From Pirellulales bacterium (GTDB lineage: Bacteria; Planctomycetota; Planctomycetia; Pirellulales; Thermoguttaceae), in the NCBI GenBank assembly GCA_016933425.1, contig JAFGAY010000350.1, forward strand, positions 1 to 57,128: DNA of 57,128 bases, in the 5' to 3' direction. Below are positions 44,135 through 53,705 of the stretch, one piece after another. The number at the start of each line of letters is the position of its first letter. Position 1 is the first letter of the stretch. The translations under genes and the position numbers were made by a program. The notes below the pieces were generated by a model, which saw nothing but the letters and a program-made list of their open reading frames with translations, did no database searches and was not told the origin of the DNA.

Positions 44135-45550
44135 GTGCGTGAAGATCCTTTGGCCAGACAGTCCCGAAAGCGAAAATCCAGCAACGCACGGCCGACGTGT
44201 GCGCTGATCAGTCTTGGATGCCCCAAAAATCTGGTTGACAGCGAGCAGATGCTCGGCCGGCTTCAAGCGGCCGGCTATCGCTGGGTGGTCGAACCCGAGG
44301 GAGCCGACCTGGTCGTGGTCAACACGTGCGGTTTTCTCGACACGGCCCGCGAGGAATCGCTTGCCGTCGTTCGGCAAATGGCCGAATTGAAGCGACGGGG
44401 CCGGCTCGGGGGTATCCTCGTGGCCGGCTGCATGGCCCAGCGGGACAAGGAGGCCTTGATCGAGGCGTGTCCCGAGATCGACCAGGTCGTGGGGCTTTTT
44501 GCCCGAGACCAGATCGCCGTGGCCGCGCGGCGAACGACCGCCGAAAACCGGCCGTCGACGGTGGCCGAGCGACTGCTGATGGCCGACCCGCTCGAGCGCG
44601 CCCCGGCCGACGATTGCCGCGTGGCGTTGGTTCCCTCGCACGTCGCTTATCTGAAAATCGCCGAGGGTTGCGACCGGCTCTGCGCCTTTTGTTCGATACC
44701 GATGATCCGGGGCCGCTATTTGAGCAAACCGATCGACCAGGTGGTCGACGAGGCCCGGCGTCTGGCCGACGGCGGGGTCCGCGAATTGGTGCTGATTGCC
44801 CAGGACACCAGCGTCTATGGCCACGATCTGGCCGACCGTCCCCGGCTGGCGGAACTGCTCGGGCGGCTCGATCGGATCGACTCGCTGGCTTGGATTCGGC
44901 TGATGTACCTGTATCCCCGTCGGAGCGATCTCGACGACGAACTGCTCGACGCGATTGCCTCGTCCGATCGGGTTTTGCCATACCTCGACATTCCGTTGCA
45001 GCACATCGCCGACGAGGTTTTGCGGCGGATGCGACGCGGAGCGACCGGCGACGAGACCCGGCGGTTGATCCAACGGATTCGCGAGCGGATTTCCGGCGTC
45101 GTGCTGCGGACGACGCTGTTGGTCGGATTCCCGGGCGAGACGGACGCCCAATTCGAAGAATTGCTCGATTTTGTCCGCCGCGAGCGTTTCGACCGGCTGG
45201 GGGCGTTTGCGTACCGCCGCGAGCCGGGCACGGCGTCGGATCAGCTCGACGGCCACCTGCCCGAGTCGGTCAAGGAGTCTCGATACGACCGCCTGATGGA
45301 AACCCAGCAGCAGATTGCTTTTGAATTGGCGGCGGCGCGGGTAGGCCGGCGTTTGGACGTTATGATCGACCGCGCCGTGGCCGAACAGCCGGGCGCTTAC
45401 GTCGGACGCACGGCGGCCGACGCCCCGGAGGTCGACGGGCTGGTTTACGTCACCGGCGACGATCTTCGGCCGGGCCAAATCGTTCCGTGCGAGATTGTCA
45501 CGACGCAAGATTATGATTTAATAGGGGTCGCGGTCGATCGAGCCAAGTAG
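44135..45550 (+). CDS. rimO: ribosomal protein S12 methylthiotransferase
   Basis: ISLGCPKNLVDSE, radical-SAM EGCDRLCAFCSIP, C-terminal TRAM domain. GTG start. Confidence 0.9.
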   Translation: MREDPLARQSRKRKSSNARPTCALISLGCPKNLVDSEQMLGRLQAAGYRWVVEPEGADLVVVNTCGFLDTAREESLAVVRQMAELKRRGRLGGILVAGCMAQRDKEALIEACPEIDQVVGLFARDQIAVAARRTTAENRPSTVAERLLMADPLERAPADDCRVALVPSHVAYLKIAEGCDRLCAFCSIPMIRGRYLSKPIDQVVDEARRLADGGVRELVLIAQDTSVYGHDLADRPRLAELLGRLDRIDSLAWIRLMYLYPRRSDLDDELLDAIASSDRVLPYLDIPLQHIADEVLRRMRRGATGDETRRLIQRIRERISGVVLRTTLLVGFPGETDAQFEELLDFVRRERFDRLGAFAYRREPGTASDQLDGHLPESVKESRYDRLMETQQQIAFELAAARVGRRLDVMIDRAVAEQPGAYVGRTAADAPEVDGLVYVTGDDLRPGQIVPCEIVTTQDYDLIGVAVDRAK

Positions 45551-45596
45551 CCGTCGCCGCGCGGCGCGACCACCATCAAACCGTTGAGGCAGAACC

Positions 45597-46229
45597 ATGT
45601 CGAAAGCCAGGAAGCCGATAAAACCACTTTTGTCGAAGTCCGTTCTCAATGTGCCCAACGTATTGACCTCGGCGCGTCTGCTGTTGTCTGTCGGCATGTT
45701 CGCGCTGGTCGGCTTCGAGTATTATCTCGCGGGGTTCGTCGTGTTCCTGGTGGCCGCCACGACGGATTGGCTCGACGGCTACTGGGCTCGGAAGTACGGT
45801 CAGATTACCGTATTGGGCCGCATTCTCGACCCGTTTGCCGATAAAGTAATCATCTGCGGCTCGTTCGTGTTTCTCGTTGTGGCCCCCGCCATGGCCGCGG
45901 CCCCTTGGGGCTTGCGGGCGTGGATGGTCGTGGTCGTCATCGCCCGGGAAATGCTGGTGACCATGCTCCGCGGACTGATCGAACGGCAGGGAGGCGATTT
46001 TTCGGCCCGATGGTCGGGCAAATGGAAGATGATCGTCCAATGCGTGGCCGTGGGGGCCAGCCTGGTTTATTTGGCCTACGCCGCGTCGAGCGCCGGCGCG
46101 CCCGACTGGTGCTGGTGCATCATGATCCTGTCGATCTGGCTGGCCGTGGCGTTGACGATTTACTCCGGCGTGGTCTATATCGGTGCTGCCATCCGAATCC
46201 TGCGCCCCTCGAGCGACGAACCCGCGTAA
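45597..46229 (+). CDS. pgsA: CDP-diacylglycerol--glycerol-3-phosphate 3-phosphatidyltransferase
   Basis: CDP-alcohol phosphotransferase motif ATTDWLDGYWARKYGQITVLGRILDPFADK. Confidence 0.85.
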   Translation: MSKARKPIKPLLSKSVLNVPNVLTSARLLLSVGMFALVGFEYYLAGFVVFLVAATTDWLDGYWARKYGQITVLGRILDPFADKVIICGSFVFLVVAPAMAAAPWGLRAWMVVVVIAREMLVTMLRGLIERQGGDFSARWSGKWKMIVQCVAVGASLVYLAYAASSAGAPDWCWCIMILSIWLAVALTIYSGVVYIGAAIRILRPSSDEPA

Positions 46230-46248
46230 ACCTTTGTTCATTGCCTAA

Positions 46249-46270
46249 TAGCCGCGGGCGGAAGCCCGCG
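46249..46270. repeat. REP-B hairpin
   Basis: TAGCCGCGGGCGGAAGCCCGCG, identical to 4271-4292. It starts 20 nt after the pgsA stop. Confidence 0.85.
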
Positions 46271-46317
46271 TAACGACACGTTTTCAATCCTCCTTTTCCC
46301 CAAGGAACCGTCTGCCC

Positions 46318-47214
46318 GTGGCATCCGAGTCTGTGTTGCTGGTCCTTGGTTTTGTTCTCCTTTCCGGCCTGGCGGTCTGGGGCATTGTTTTTAATCGGCT
46401 TGTTGAGGGCAAACCGGTCCTGGCGGTCGAGCCGCGACGTCAGGTGCCCTGGACCGGCTGGGACGTGCTGGCGGTCTTTGCAGCCTATGTCATGGGCCTG
46501 GTTGCCGTGGGTCAGCTTGGCCATATTCTCTACGGCGCCAGGGCAAAGGCGCAGGTTGTTGCGCCGGGCGATTTGTCGGACGAAAACCCGATCGTGCAGC
46601 TTTTTGCCGGCGCGGCCTGGCCGGCCATGGTGGTCTGCGCCGTCCTCGTGGTGGTGGTTGCTCCCTTGTGCGAGGAAGTTCTCTTTCGCCTTTTCTTGCA
46701 AGGCTGGCTCGAAAAGGTCGATCGGCGGTTGCGCAAGCGAACGTCGCGGCCGATAACGTGGCTCCGCTGGGGAACCTTGGCGGTCATCGTCGCGTCGGGC
46801 ATGTTTGCCATGCTTCACTTGCGCGGCGAGCCGCGGCGTTACGAGCCGGAATATCTTCTTTTTTTGCTGATTGGCAACGGCCTGGCGCAGTGCGTCGCGG
46901 CGGCGGTGGGGATGGTCCTGGCGCGCCGCACGCGGGCAGCCACCTGGGCTGATCTCGGCTGGCAGCCGCGAAAATTTCTTTCTGACGTCGGGCTCGGCCT
47001 GGCGGCTTTTGTCGTGGCGGCCGTGCCGGTCTACGTGATTCAACATCTGGCTCGGCAAGTGGTTCCGCCGGGCGCGGCGGACCCGATCCCGCTTTTCTTC
47101 TTCGCCCTGGTGCTGGGCACGCTTTATTTGCGGACCCACCGGATTGTGCCTGCGATCGTGACTCACATGGCGCTGAACGGCGTGACGTTGCTGATTCTGG
47201 CACTGTCGCTATGA
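46318..47214 (+). CDS. CPBP (CAAX) family intramembrane metalloprotease
   Basis: CEEVLFRLFLQG (EExxxR), MFAMLH (FxxxH), THMALN (HxxxN). Confidence 0.8.
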   Translation: MASESVLLVLGFVLLSGLAVWGIVFNRLVEGKPVLAVEPRRQVPWTGWDVLAVFAAYVMGLVAVGQLGHILYGARAKAQVVAPGDLSDENPIVQLFAGAAWPAMVVCAVLVVVVAPLCEEVLFRLFLQGWLEKVDRRLRKRTSRPITWLRWGTLAVIVASGMFAMLHLRGEPRRYEPEYLLFLLIGNGLAQCVAAAVGMVLARRTRAATWADLGWQPRKFLSDVGLGLAAFVVAAVPVYVIQHLARQVVPPGAADPIPLFFFALVLGTLYLRTHRIVPAIVTHMALNGVTLLILALSL

Positions 47215-47275
47215 ACAGCGGTGACTCGGGGACATGGGGCCTTTGGGAAAAGTGACCCCCTGCCCAATTTCCGCC

Positions 47276-47303
47276 TTGACACACCCTGGAAAATCGAGAC
47301 AAT
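47276..47303 (+). promoter_or_regulatory. candidate sigma70-type promoter upstream of murE
   Basis: TTGACA (47276-47281), a 16-nt spacer, then GACAAT (47298-47303), about 140 nt upstream of the murE GTG. This is a pattern match only. Confidence 0.25.
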
Positions 47304-47441
47304 CCCCGGACCCTAATAACGGACGGGCAAGGAGGCTCGTCCCGGTTCGCGTGGGCCGGTTCCGGCCCGGTGAATGTGTCCGCTGCCCGGGGGTGGGCGG
47401 CGACTGCCCTCGAAAAACCATAGGCAAGGAGGCCTTCGGCC

Positions 47442-48923
47442 GTGCAGGTCTGTCCCGATCGGCAATGCCGGTCCCACTTGCGCACGTTGTTTCCGGAAGC
47501 CACGCTCGTTGGCTCCGGCGACGTTGAGGTGCGCGCGTGCGTTTGCGACAGCCGTCGGGTCGAGCCGGGTGATTTGTACGTGGCGATTGTCGGAACGCGG
47601 CACGACGGCCACGAATTCATCGCCGAGGCTATCCATCGCGGTTGCGCGGCCGTGCTCAGCGAGCGCCCCTTGCCCGAGGCGACCGTGCCGGTCTGCGTCG
47701 TGGCCGACACGCGGGATGCTTACGGCCGGCTGTGCCAGGCCTTGGCCGGCGATCCGAGCCGCCACGTCAAGACGATCGGCGTTACCGGCACCAACGGCAA
47801 AACGACCACGAGCTGCTTGATTGCCCGGATGTTCACCCACGCGGGATTCAGGACCGGTTTGTTGGGCACGCTGGGTTATTTCGACGGCGACCGGTGCGAC
47901 GACGCCGCCTGGACCACGCCGCCGGCCGACCGCATGGCCGACTATCTGTCGCGGATGGTCGCCAACGAGTGCGACTACGCGGTGATGGAAATTTCGAGCC
48001 ACGCCCTGGCCCAGTCGCGGCTGGCCGGCGTCCAGCTCGACGCGCTGTGCGTGACCAACGTGCGGCGCGACCATCTCGATTATCACAAAACCATTGAGGA
48101 CTATCGCTCGGCCAAGGCGAAATCGCTCGACTACCTCGCGCCCGAAGGCCTGGCCGTGGTCAACGCCGACGATCCGACGTCGGCCGCTTTGCTGTCGAAA
48201 ATTGACGGGCCGGTCCTCTCGGTGGGCATTCACGCGGCGGCCGAAATCACCGCGACGGTGGTCGAACGCCACTTGAGCGAGCAAACTTTTCTGCTGACCG
48301 CCGGCAACGACACGATTCCGGTCCGCACTCGCATGATCGGTTTGCACCACGTCTATAACTGCCTCGAAGCGGCCGCGATCGGGCTGGCCCAAGGGCTGGA
48401 TTTACCCAGCGTGGTCCGCGGGCTCGAGGCCGTCGACTACATTCCCGGCCGATTGCAGCGGATCGAGTGCGGCCAGCCGTTCGGCGTGTTTGTCGACTAT
48501 GCTCATACCCCCGACGCGTTGTCGGGTTGTCTGCGGGCACTTCGGTCGGTCGTTGGCGGGAGGCTCATTTGCGTATTTGGCGCCGGCGGCGACCGCGACC
48601 GTGAAAAGCGTCCGTTGATGGGCCGGGCCGTCGAGGAGAACAGCGATCTGGCCATCTTGACCAACGACAATCCGCGCAACGAACCTCCGGCGGCCATCCT
48701 GGGCGACCTGCTTTCGGGATTTGCCCGACCGTCGGCGGTCCAAGTAATCGCCGATCGCCGCGAGGCCATCCATTTTGCCTTGGATTCGGCGCGGCCAGGC
48801 GATTGCGTGCTGATTGCCGGCAAGGGCCACGAACAACATCAAATCATCGGCGACGAGCGACTGCCGCTGGACGACTACGAAATCGCGGCAAGTTGGTTGT
48901 ATGAACAAGGAATTGAAATGTAG
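47442..48923 (+). CDS. murE: UDP-N-acetylmuramoyl-L-alanyl-D-glutamate--2,6-diaminopimelate ligase
   Basis: GVTGTNGKTTT and TNDNPRNE (DNPR motif). GTG start with AAGGAGG 9 nt upstream. Confidence 0.9.
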   Translation: MQVCPDRQCRSHLRTLFPEATLVGSGDVEVRACVCDSRRVEPGDLYVAIVGTRHDGHEFIAEAIHRGCAAVLSERPLPEATVPVCVVADTRDAYGRLCQALAGDPSRHVKTIGVTGTNGKTTTSCLIARMFTHAGFRTGLLGTLGYFDGDRCDDAAWTTPPADRMADYLSRMVANECDYAVMEISSHALAQSRLAGVQLDALCVTNVRRDHLDYHKTIEDYRSAKAKSLDYLAPEGLAVVNADDPTSAALLSKIDGPVLSVGIHAAAEITATVVERHLSEQTFLLTAGNDTIPVRTRMIGLHHVYNCLEAAAIGLAQGLDLPSVVRGLEAVDYIPGRLQRIECGQPFGVFVDYAHTPDALSGCLRALRSVVGGRLICVFGAGGDRDREKRPLMGRAVEENSDLAILTNDNPRNEPPAAILGDLLSGFARPSAVQVIADRREAIHFALDSARPGDCVLIAGKGHEQHQIIGDERLPLDDYEIAASWLYEQGIEM

Positions 48924-48965
48924 GCTGGGCCGCGGCTCGGCGGAGTTGAAAGGCGTTGCCGGGTT

Positions 48966-50381
48966 GTGGCCCGGCCCACGGGATACGATTCGATGATGCA
49001 TAGCCCCAGTTTACACGATTTATATTCGACCATCGGCGGCTGCTTGGTTGCCGATGGACCAGCTCCCTTCGGCCAGCCGTTGGGACCGGTCGCCACCGAC
49101 AGCCGGCGGGTCAACGAGGGGGACGTTTTCTGGGCGCTGCGTGGATCGAGCTACGATGGGAACGACTTTGTCGACGAAGCGCTCGAGCGGGGCGCGGCCG
49201 GAGTGGTCACCAACCGATCGACTCCCACGCCGCTGGGCCGCTGGGCCGTCGTTGTCGAGGACACCCAGCCGGCCCTCTGGCAATGGGCCCAATGGCGCCG
49301 CCGCCGTTTCACCGGGACGCTACTAGCGGTGACCGGAAGCGTCGGAAAGACGACGACCCGGCAAATGATCCACACCGTTTTGCGCCGCCGGCTCAAGGGA
49401 ACGGCCAGTCCACGAAACTACAACAACCATTTCGGCGTGCCGTTGAGCATGTTGGCCATCGAGCCGGACCACGATTACGCCGTGCTCGAGTTGGGCGCGA
49501 GCAGCCGCGGCGAAATCGGGGCCCTGGCCGAACTGTGCGCTCCGAAAATCGGCGTGATTACCCACGTCGGCGACGCCCATCTGGGCGGATTCGGCAGCCG
49601 CCGGGGCGTGGCCGAAGCCAAGGCCGAACTGCTCGCCTCGCTCCCGGCCGACGGCCATGCCGTGCTGGTCGACGATCCCTGGGTGCGACGCATTGCCGGG
49701 CGCTGCCGGGCGCCGATCACGTGGGTCGGCCACAAGGACGCCGACGTCACGGCCGACGACATCAGAAGCGTCGGCGGACAGCTTCAATTCCAAGTCGCCG
49801 GATGCGATTTTCACGTGCCGGTCTGGGGACGCCACCACCTCAACGCGGCCCTGGCCGCCGTGGCCGTCGGACGATTGCTCGGTCTGGATCTGGCCGAAAT
49901 GGCCGACGCCCTGGCCGAGTTCAATCCCGTGCCCATGAGGTGCGAAGTCTCCGAAGTCCGCGGCGCCACCGTGATCAACGACGCCTACAACGCCAATCCC
50001 GTATCGATGCGGGCCGCGCTCGAGTTGCTGCGCGATTTCGACACGTCGGGAAGAAGAATTATCGTCTGCGGCGACATGGCCGAACTGGGCGATGCGTCAA
50101 TCCGACACCATTTCCGTCTCGGTAGGGAAGTTGTCAACGTGGGCGGAGCCGATCTGCTGATCGCCTGCGGACGCTTCGCACGCACCGTCGTCGACGGCGC
50201 CCGGGCCGCGGGAATGCCCCAAGGTCGAACGATCCCCTGCACAACGCCGACCGAGGCGCTGCCCTACCTGGGCCAGGCCATCTTGCCGGGCGACGTGGTT
50301 TTGGTCAAGGGATCGCGAAGCATGAACATGGAACAAGTCATCGAAGCGTTTCGCTGCTATCCACGGCGGCGAAGCGCGTGA
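48966..50381 (+). CDS. murF: UDP-N-acetylmuramoyl-tripeptide--D-alanyl-D-alanine ligase
   Basis: VTGSVGKTTT and the Mur ligase central and C-terminal domains. The start may instead be the downstream Met pair (MMHSPSL). Confidence 0.9.
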   Translation: MARPTGYDSMMHSPSLHDLYSTIGGCLVADGPAPFGQPLGPVATDSRRVNEGDVFWALRGSSYDGNDFVDEALERGAAGVVTNRSTPTPLGRWAVVVEDTQPALWQWAQWRRRRFTGTLLAVTGSVGKTTTRQMIHTVLRRRLKGTASPRNYNNHFGVPLSMLAIEPDHDYAVLELGASSRGEIGALAELCAPKIGVITHVGDAHLGGFGSRRGVAEAKAELLASLPADGHAVLVDDPWVRRIAGRCRAPITWVGHKDADVTADDIRSVGGQLQFQVAGCDFHVPVWGRHHLNAALAAVAVGRLLGLDLAEMADALAEFNPVPMRCEVSEVRGATVINDAYNANPVSMRAALELLRDFDTSGRRIIVCGDMAELGDASIRHHFRLGREVVNVGGADLLIACGRFARTVVDGARAAGMPQGRTIPCTTPTEALPYLGQAILPGDVVLVKGSRSMNMEQVIEAFRCYPRRRSA

Positions 50382-50389
50382 GTGAAAAA

Positions 50390-50433
50390 GGGATTTGGGG
50401 ATTGGGGATTTGGGGATTATGAGATTTCGGGGG
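50390..50433 (+). repeat. G-tract heptamer array (GGGGATT)n
   Basis: GGGATTTGGGGATTGGGGATTTGGGGATTATGAGATTTCGGGGG. Confidence 0.85.
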
Positions 50434-50682
50434 TGACGACTTAACCAAACACGCCGTTCAGTCCACGGACAACAAGCTACGGACTACGGTCTACTAAACT
50501 AGCAGAGGGTCCCGTCGTTCGTGCCGGGTTTGCGGGAACCTTGGCGCGGCCCTCCCTCCTGGGTCGGAGCATTACCTTGCTGGATCCGGTGGTTACTGGG
50601 TCAACCACCCCGGCAAGTGCTTCACGATGGGGCCTTGGACTGAGCGCCGGGGCGGCGCAACCACGCCGCTCCGGCTGCTCAG

Positions 50683-50731
50683 GGATTTTTTTTGGGGGAT
50701 TCGGGGGTCGGGATTTGGGGATTTCGGGGGA
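50683..50731 (+). repeat. G-tract heptamer array (GGGGATT)n
   Basis: GGGATTTTTTTTGGGGGATTCGGGGGTCGGGATTTGGGGATTTCGGGGG. Confidence 0.85.
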
Positions 50732-50761
50732 CGATGGGGTGGAACCGCACGTTCGTTAGCC

Positions 50762-50786
50762 GCCGCGCCTGCGCGGCGTTTTTTTC
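50762..50786 (+). terminator. Rho-independent terminator inside the murF-mraY spacer
   Basis: CGCCGCG-CCTG-CGCGGCG followed by TTTTTTT. It lies 105 nt upstream of the mraY ATG. Confidence 0.65.
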
Positions 50787-50891
50787 AGTTTTTCATCGGC
50801 GAGCGGACACGGCGGCTTGCATTTTTCGCATCTGTGTTTTTGTCGCTTCTTTTTTACCCAATTAGTGCTGACTTTTTTTCGTCCGACGCCC

Positions 50892-52160
50892 ATGCTGGTT
50901 TGGTGGCTGCGATCACTTGGCGACTCGTTTGGATCCGACAGCCTGGCGGCGGTCGGAAAAATCACGTTTCGCGGCGCGCTGGCGGCCGGCGTGGCGCTGG
51001 CCGTCGCGCTGTTTCTGGGACCCCGACTGATCGACTGGCTGCGGCGGCGATTCCGCGAACCGAACAAAAGCGATTCGCCCCAGCTCCGCCAATTGCACCA
51101 GACCAAGCAATCCACGCCCACCATGGGCGGATTGTTCCTCGTGGCCGGCGTGCTCGGCGCGCTGGTGCTGCTGGCCGATCTGGCCAACCCGTTCGTTCAA
51201 ATTGCCCTGTTCCTCACCGTGGGACTCGGACTGGTCGGCGTCGTCGACGACGCGGTCAAACTCCGTGGAAAGGCCAATGGCATTTCGGCCCGAGCCAAAC
51301 TGCTAGGCCAACTGGCAGTGGCCTCGGTGGCCGCCTGGTGGTTGTACGCGCATCACGCGGCCCAAGCGTCGACGGGAAGCGAGCTGGGAGCGCTCGCGCT
51401 TTGGATTCCGCTGGCCGACGTGGCCGTGCCGATTGGTTGGGGATTTGTGCCATTGGCCATCGTTGTCATCGTGGGCATGTCGAACGCGGTAAATCTGACC
51501 GATGGGCTCGACGGACTGGCCGGCGGGTGCTTGCTGATGAGCATCGGCGCGATGGGCGCGGTCGCCTACGCGGCCGGGCACGCGCGGATCGCCGACTATC
51601 TCACCATGGCAAGGATTCCCGGCGCCGGCGAAATGGCCGTGCTGGCCGCGGCGATTGCCGGGGGAGTGCTCGGATTTCTTTGGTTCAATTGCCATCCGGC
51701 CCAAGTATTCATGGGCGACACGGGTTCGTTACCGCTGGGGGGATTGCTGGGGTTGATCGCGCTGGCTTGCCGGCAGGAGGCGCTCCTGTTGGTGGTCGGG
51801 GGGGTTTTTTTGGCCGAGGCGGCTAGCGTCGTGGTGCAGGTGGGAGGTTATAAGTGGCGTCGACGCCGCGTGTTTCGGTGCGCGCCGCTGCACCATCATT
51901 TCCAATTCAAGGGCTTGCCCGAGGGAAAAATCGTCGTTCGTTTCTGGATCGCGTCCGCCGTTTGTGGTATCTTGGGACTCGCTTGTCTGAAGGTCAACAT
52001 CTCCGAATGTTACCCCGCCGCGGCGGCGACTCGGGCCGAAACGGCGGTTGCGTCCCCCGAAGCGAAAACCAATTTGCACCGCGCGACGTATCAAGATTCC
52101 GTGAGACCGTGCGAATACGTAACGGACGTGGATTTTCCGCCGGCGACCAAGAACCGGTGA
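50892..52160 (+). CDS. mraY: phospho-N-acetylmuramoyl-pentapeptide transferase
   Basis: ATG 50892 (MLVWWL) inside ORF 50817..52160. NAVNLTDGLDGLA, MGDTGSLPLGG, APLHHHF. About 55-aa C-terminal extension. Confidence 0.9.
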   Translation: MLVWWLRSLGDSFGSDSLAAVGKITFRGALAAGVALAVALFLGPRLIDWLRRRFREPNKSDSPQLRQLHQTKQSTPTMGGLFLVAGVLGALVLLADLANPFVQIALFLTVGLGLVGVVDDAVKLRGKANGISARAKLLGQLAVASVAAWWLYAHHAAQASTGSELGALALWIPLADVAVPIGWGFVPLAIVVIVGMSNAVNLTDGLDGLAGGCLLMSIGAMGAVAYAAGHARIADYLTMARIPGAGEMAVLAAAIAGGVLGFLWFNCHPAQVFMGDTGSLPLGGLLGLIALACRQEALLLVVGGVFLAEAASVVVQVGGYKWRRRRVFRCAPLHHHFQFKGLPEGKIVVRFWIASAVCGILGLACLKVNISECYPAAAATRAETAVASPEAKTNLHRATYQDSVRPCEYVTDVDFPPATKNR

Positions 52161-52332
52161 AACCACGCGTCCGATTCAGCGGACTCGCCTTGCCTGCCGT
52201 TTCGACGAGACATCCAGTTGGGATAGGGGAGGGCAGCGGAACTGGAATTGTCGCGGTTGCTCCATTTCCTGGAATGATGCAAATCCGATTTTGGGGGAAC
52301 TTTCCAACGGTGAATGCTGTCTTTACGAAGTC

Positions 52333-53592
52333 ATGACTAACCATAAGCACACAGAAACGACCGTTGCCGCTTCCCGGCAGCCCCACGTGGTTTTCGCCGG
52401 CGGGGGAACCGGAGGGCACCTTTTTCCAGGGTTGGCCGTTGCCGCCGAACTCTGTCGCCGTTGGCCGTGGCTCCGCGTCACGTTCGTCGGGGCCGGCAAG
52501 CCCATCGAGCGCGAATGGGTCGCGGCGGCCGGTTACGATTATGTTGTCCTTCCCTGCCGGCCCGTGCCCAAACGGTTGTGGCACGTGCCCGGTTTTCTGT
52601 TCGACAATCTGGCCGGTTATCGGGCCGCCCGGCATCTGCTGGCCGAACAGCCCGCCTCGGTCGTCGTCGGCCTGGGCGGCTATGCCAGCGCGCCGATGGG
52701 CCGCGCCGCGGCGCGATCGGGCGCTAAACTTGTCCTGCTCGAACAAAACACCGTTGCCGGCCGCGCCACGCGCTGGCTCGCCCGATCGGCCGACGCGATC
52801 TGCCTTGCCTTTGCGCAAACGGCGGACGATCTTCGCACGCCGGGTAAAATCCACGTCACGGGCACGCCCATCCGGCCGGGCTTCACCAACGCATCGCCGC
52901 CCGAGTTGCGGCGGCGCCTGCTCGTGCTCGGCGGCAGCGGCGGGGCCGAGTTGATCAACCGGTGCGTTCCCCGGGCACTGTATCACGTCCGCGAACATCT
53001 TGAAGGGGGCGAAATCGTCCACCAGACCGGTCCGGCCGGCGCGGCGGCGACCGAGGCGCTTTATCGCAAGCTCGGTCTCGACGCGGAAGTCGTTCCCTTC
53101 GTCGTCGACATGCCGCGGATGCTCAGTTGGACCGGGCTGGCCGTGAGCCGCGCCGGCGGCTCGACGCTGGCCGAACTGGCCGCCGCCGGCGTGCCCGCCG
53201 TGCTGCTTCCCTATCCCCACGCGACGGGCGATCATCAACGTAAAAACGCCGAAGTGTTTCGCGACGCCGGCGGGTGCGCGCTGGTCGACCAGCGCGACGT
53301 GGCCGGGCGGCTCGAACCAGCGCTGGTCGAGACATTTCGCGGTCTTCTTGCCGATCGACCTCGCCGCCGGCGCATGTCGCAAATGATCGGCCGCCTGGCG
53401 CGCCCCCGCGCGGCCGCCGAGGTCGCTGGAATCATTGAGGGCCTGATCGGCCAAGCATCGCGCCGTTCGGCACGCGCCGTCCGGCCCGACCGCCTTATCT
53501 CGCCAAGTCCTGGATTGGGCTTTGGGCCGCACGGAAGAGACGGCGCTTCCCCTCGGCAGCAAGGGATTTCCCTCTTGGAATCCCCCCGATAG
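52333..53592 (+). CDS. murG: UDP-N-acetylglucosamine--N-acetylmuramyl-(pentapeptide) pyrophosphoryl-undecaprenol GlcNAc transferase
   Basis: ATG 52333. FAGGGTGGHLFPGLAVA. GGSTLAELAAAGVPAVLLPYPHATGDHQRKNA. About 60-aa C-terminal extension. Confidence 0.9.
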   Translation: MTNHKHTETTVAASRQPHVVFAGGGTGGHLFPGLAVAAELCRRWPWLRVTFVGAGKPIEREWVAAAGYDYVVLPCRPVPKRLWHVPGFLFDNLAGYRAARHLLAEQPASVVVGLGGYASAPMGRAAARSGAKLVLLEQNTVAGRATRWLARSADAICLAFAQTADDLRTPGKIHVTGTPIRPGFTNASPPELRRRLLVLGGSGGAELINRCVPRALYHVREHLEGGEIVHQTGPAGAAATEALYRKLGLDAEVVPFVVDMPRMLSWTGLAVSRAGGSTLAELAAAGVPAVLLPYPHATGDHQRKNAEVFRDAGGCALVDQRDVAGRLEPALVETFRGLLADRPRRRRMSQMIGRLARPRAAAEVAGIIEGLIGQASRRSARAVRPDRLISPSPGLGFGPHGRDGASPRQQGISLLESPR

Positions 53593-53705
53593 GCGTGTTT
53601 TTGCACGGCATGGGCCCGGGTCGCGTAGAATTGAAGGTGTAGCCCTGCTTTCCAGCCGCGCTGCGTCCATTCTCTCTTCCCTTTCCGGCGACCGAGGTTA
53701 TTCGC

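Noticed and set aside
44111-48392. Antisense ORFs to rimO (44111..45508), pgsA/CPBP (45576..46241, 46120..47166, 46784..47710) and murE (47313..48392)
   Set aside because: The sense genes are unambiguous, and these are shadow ORFs.
50434-50786. tmRNA, RNase P RNA, SRP RNA or tRNA in the murF-mraY spacer
   Set aside because: The 5' GGGGGTGACG superficially resembles a tmRNA start. However, there is no GGTTCGA-type T-loop, no CCA-proximal acceptor pairing and no tag ORF ending in Ala-Ala. The GAGGAAAGTCC (RNase P) box and the SRP domain-IV motif are also absent.
50627-53670. ORFs 50627..51826 (399 aa, plus strand) and 51994..53670 (558 aa, minus strand)
   Set aside because: They overlap mraY and murG out of frame or antisense, and are Arg/Gly-rich.
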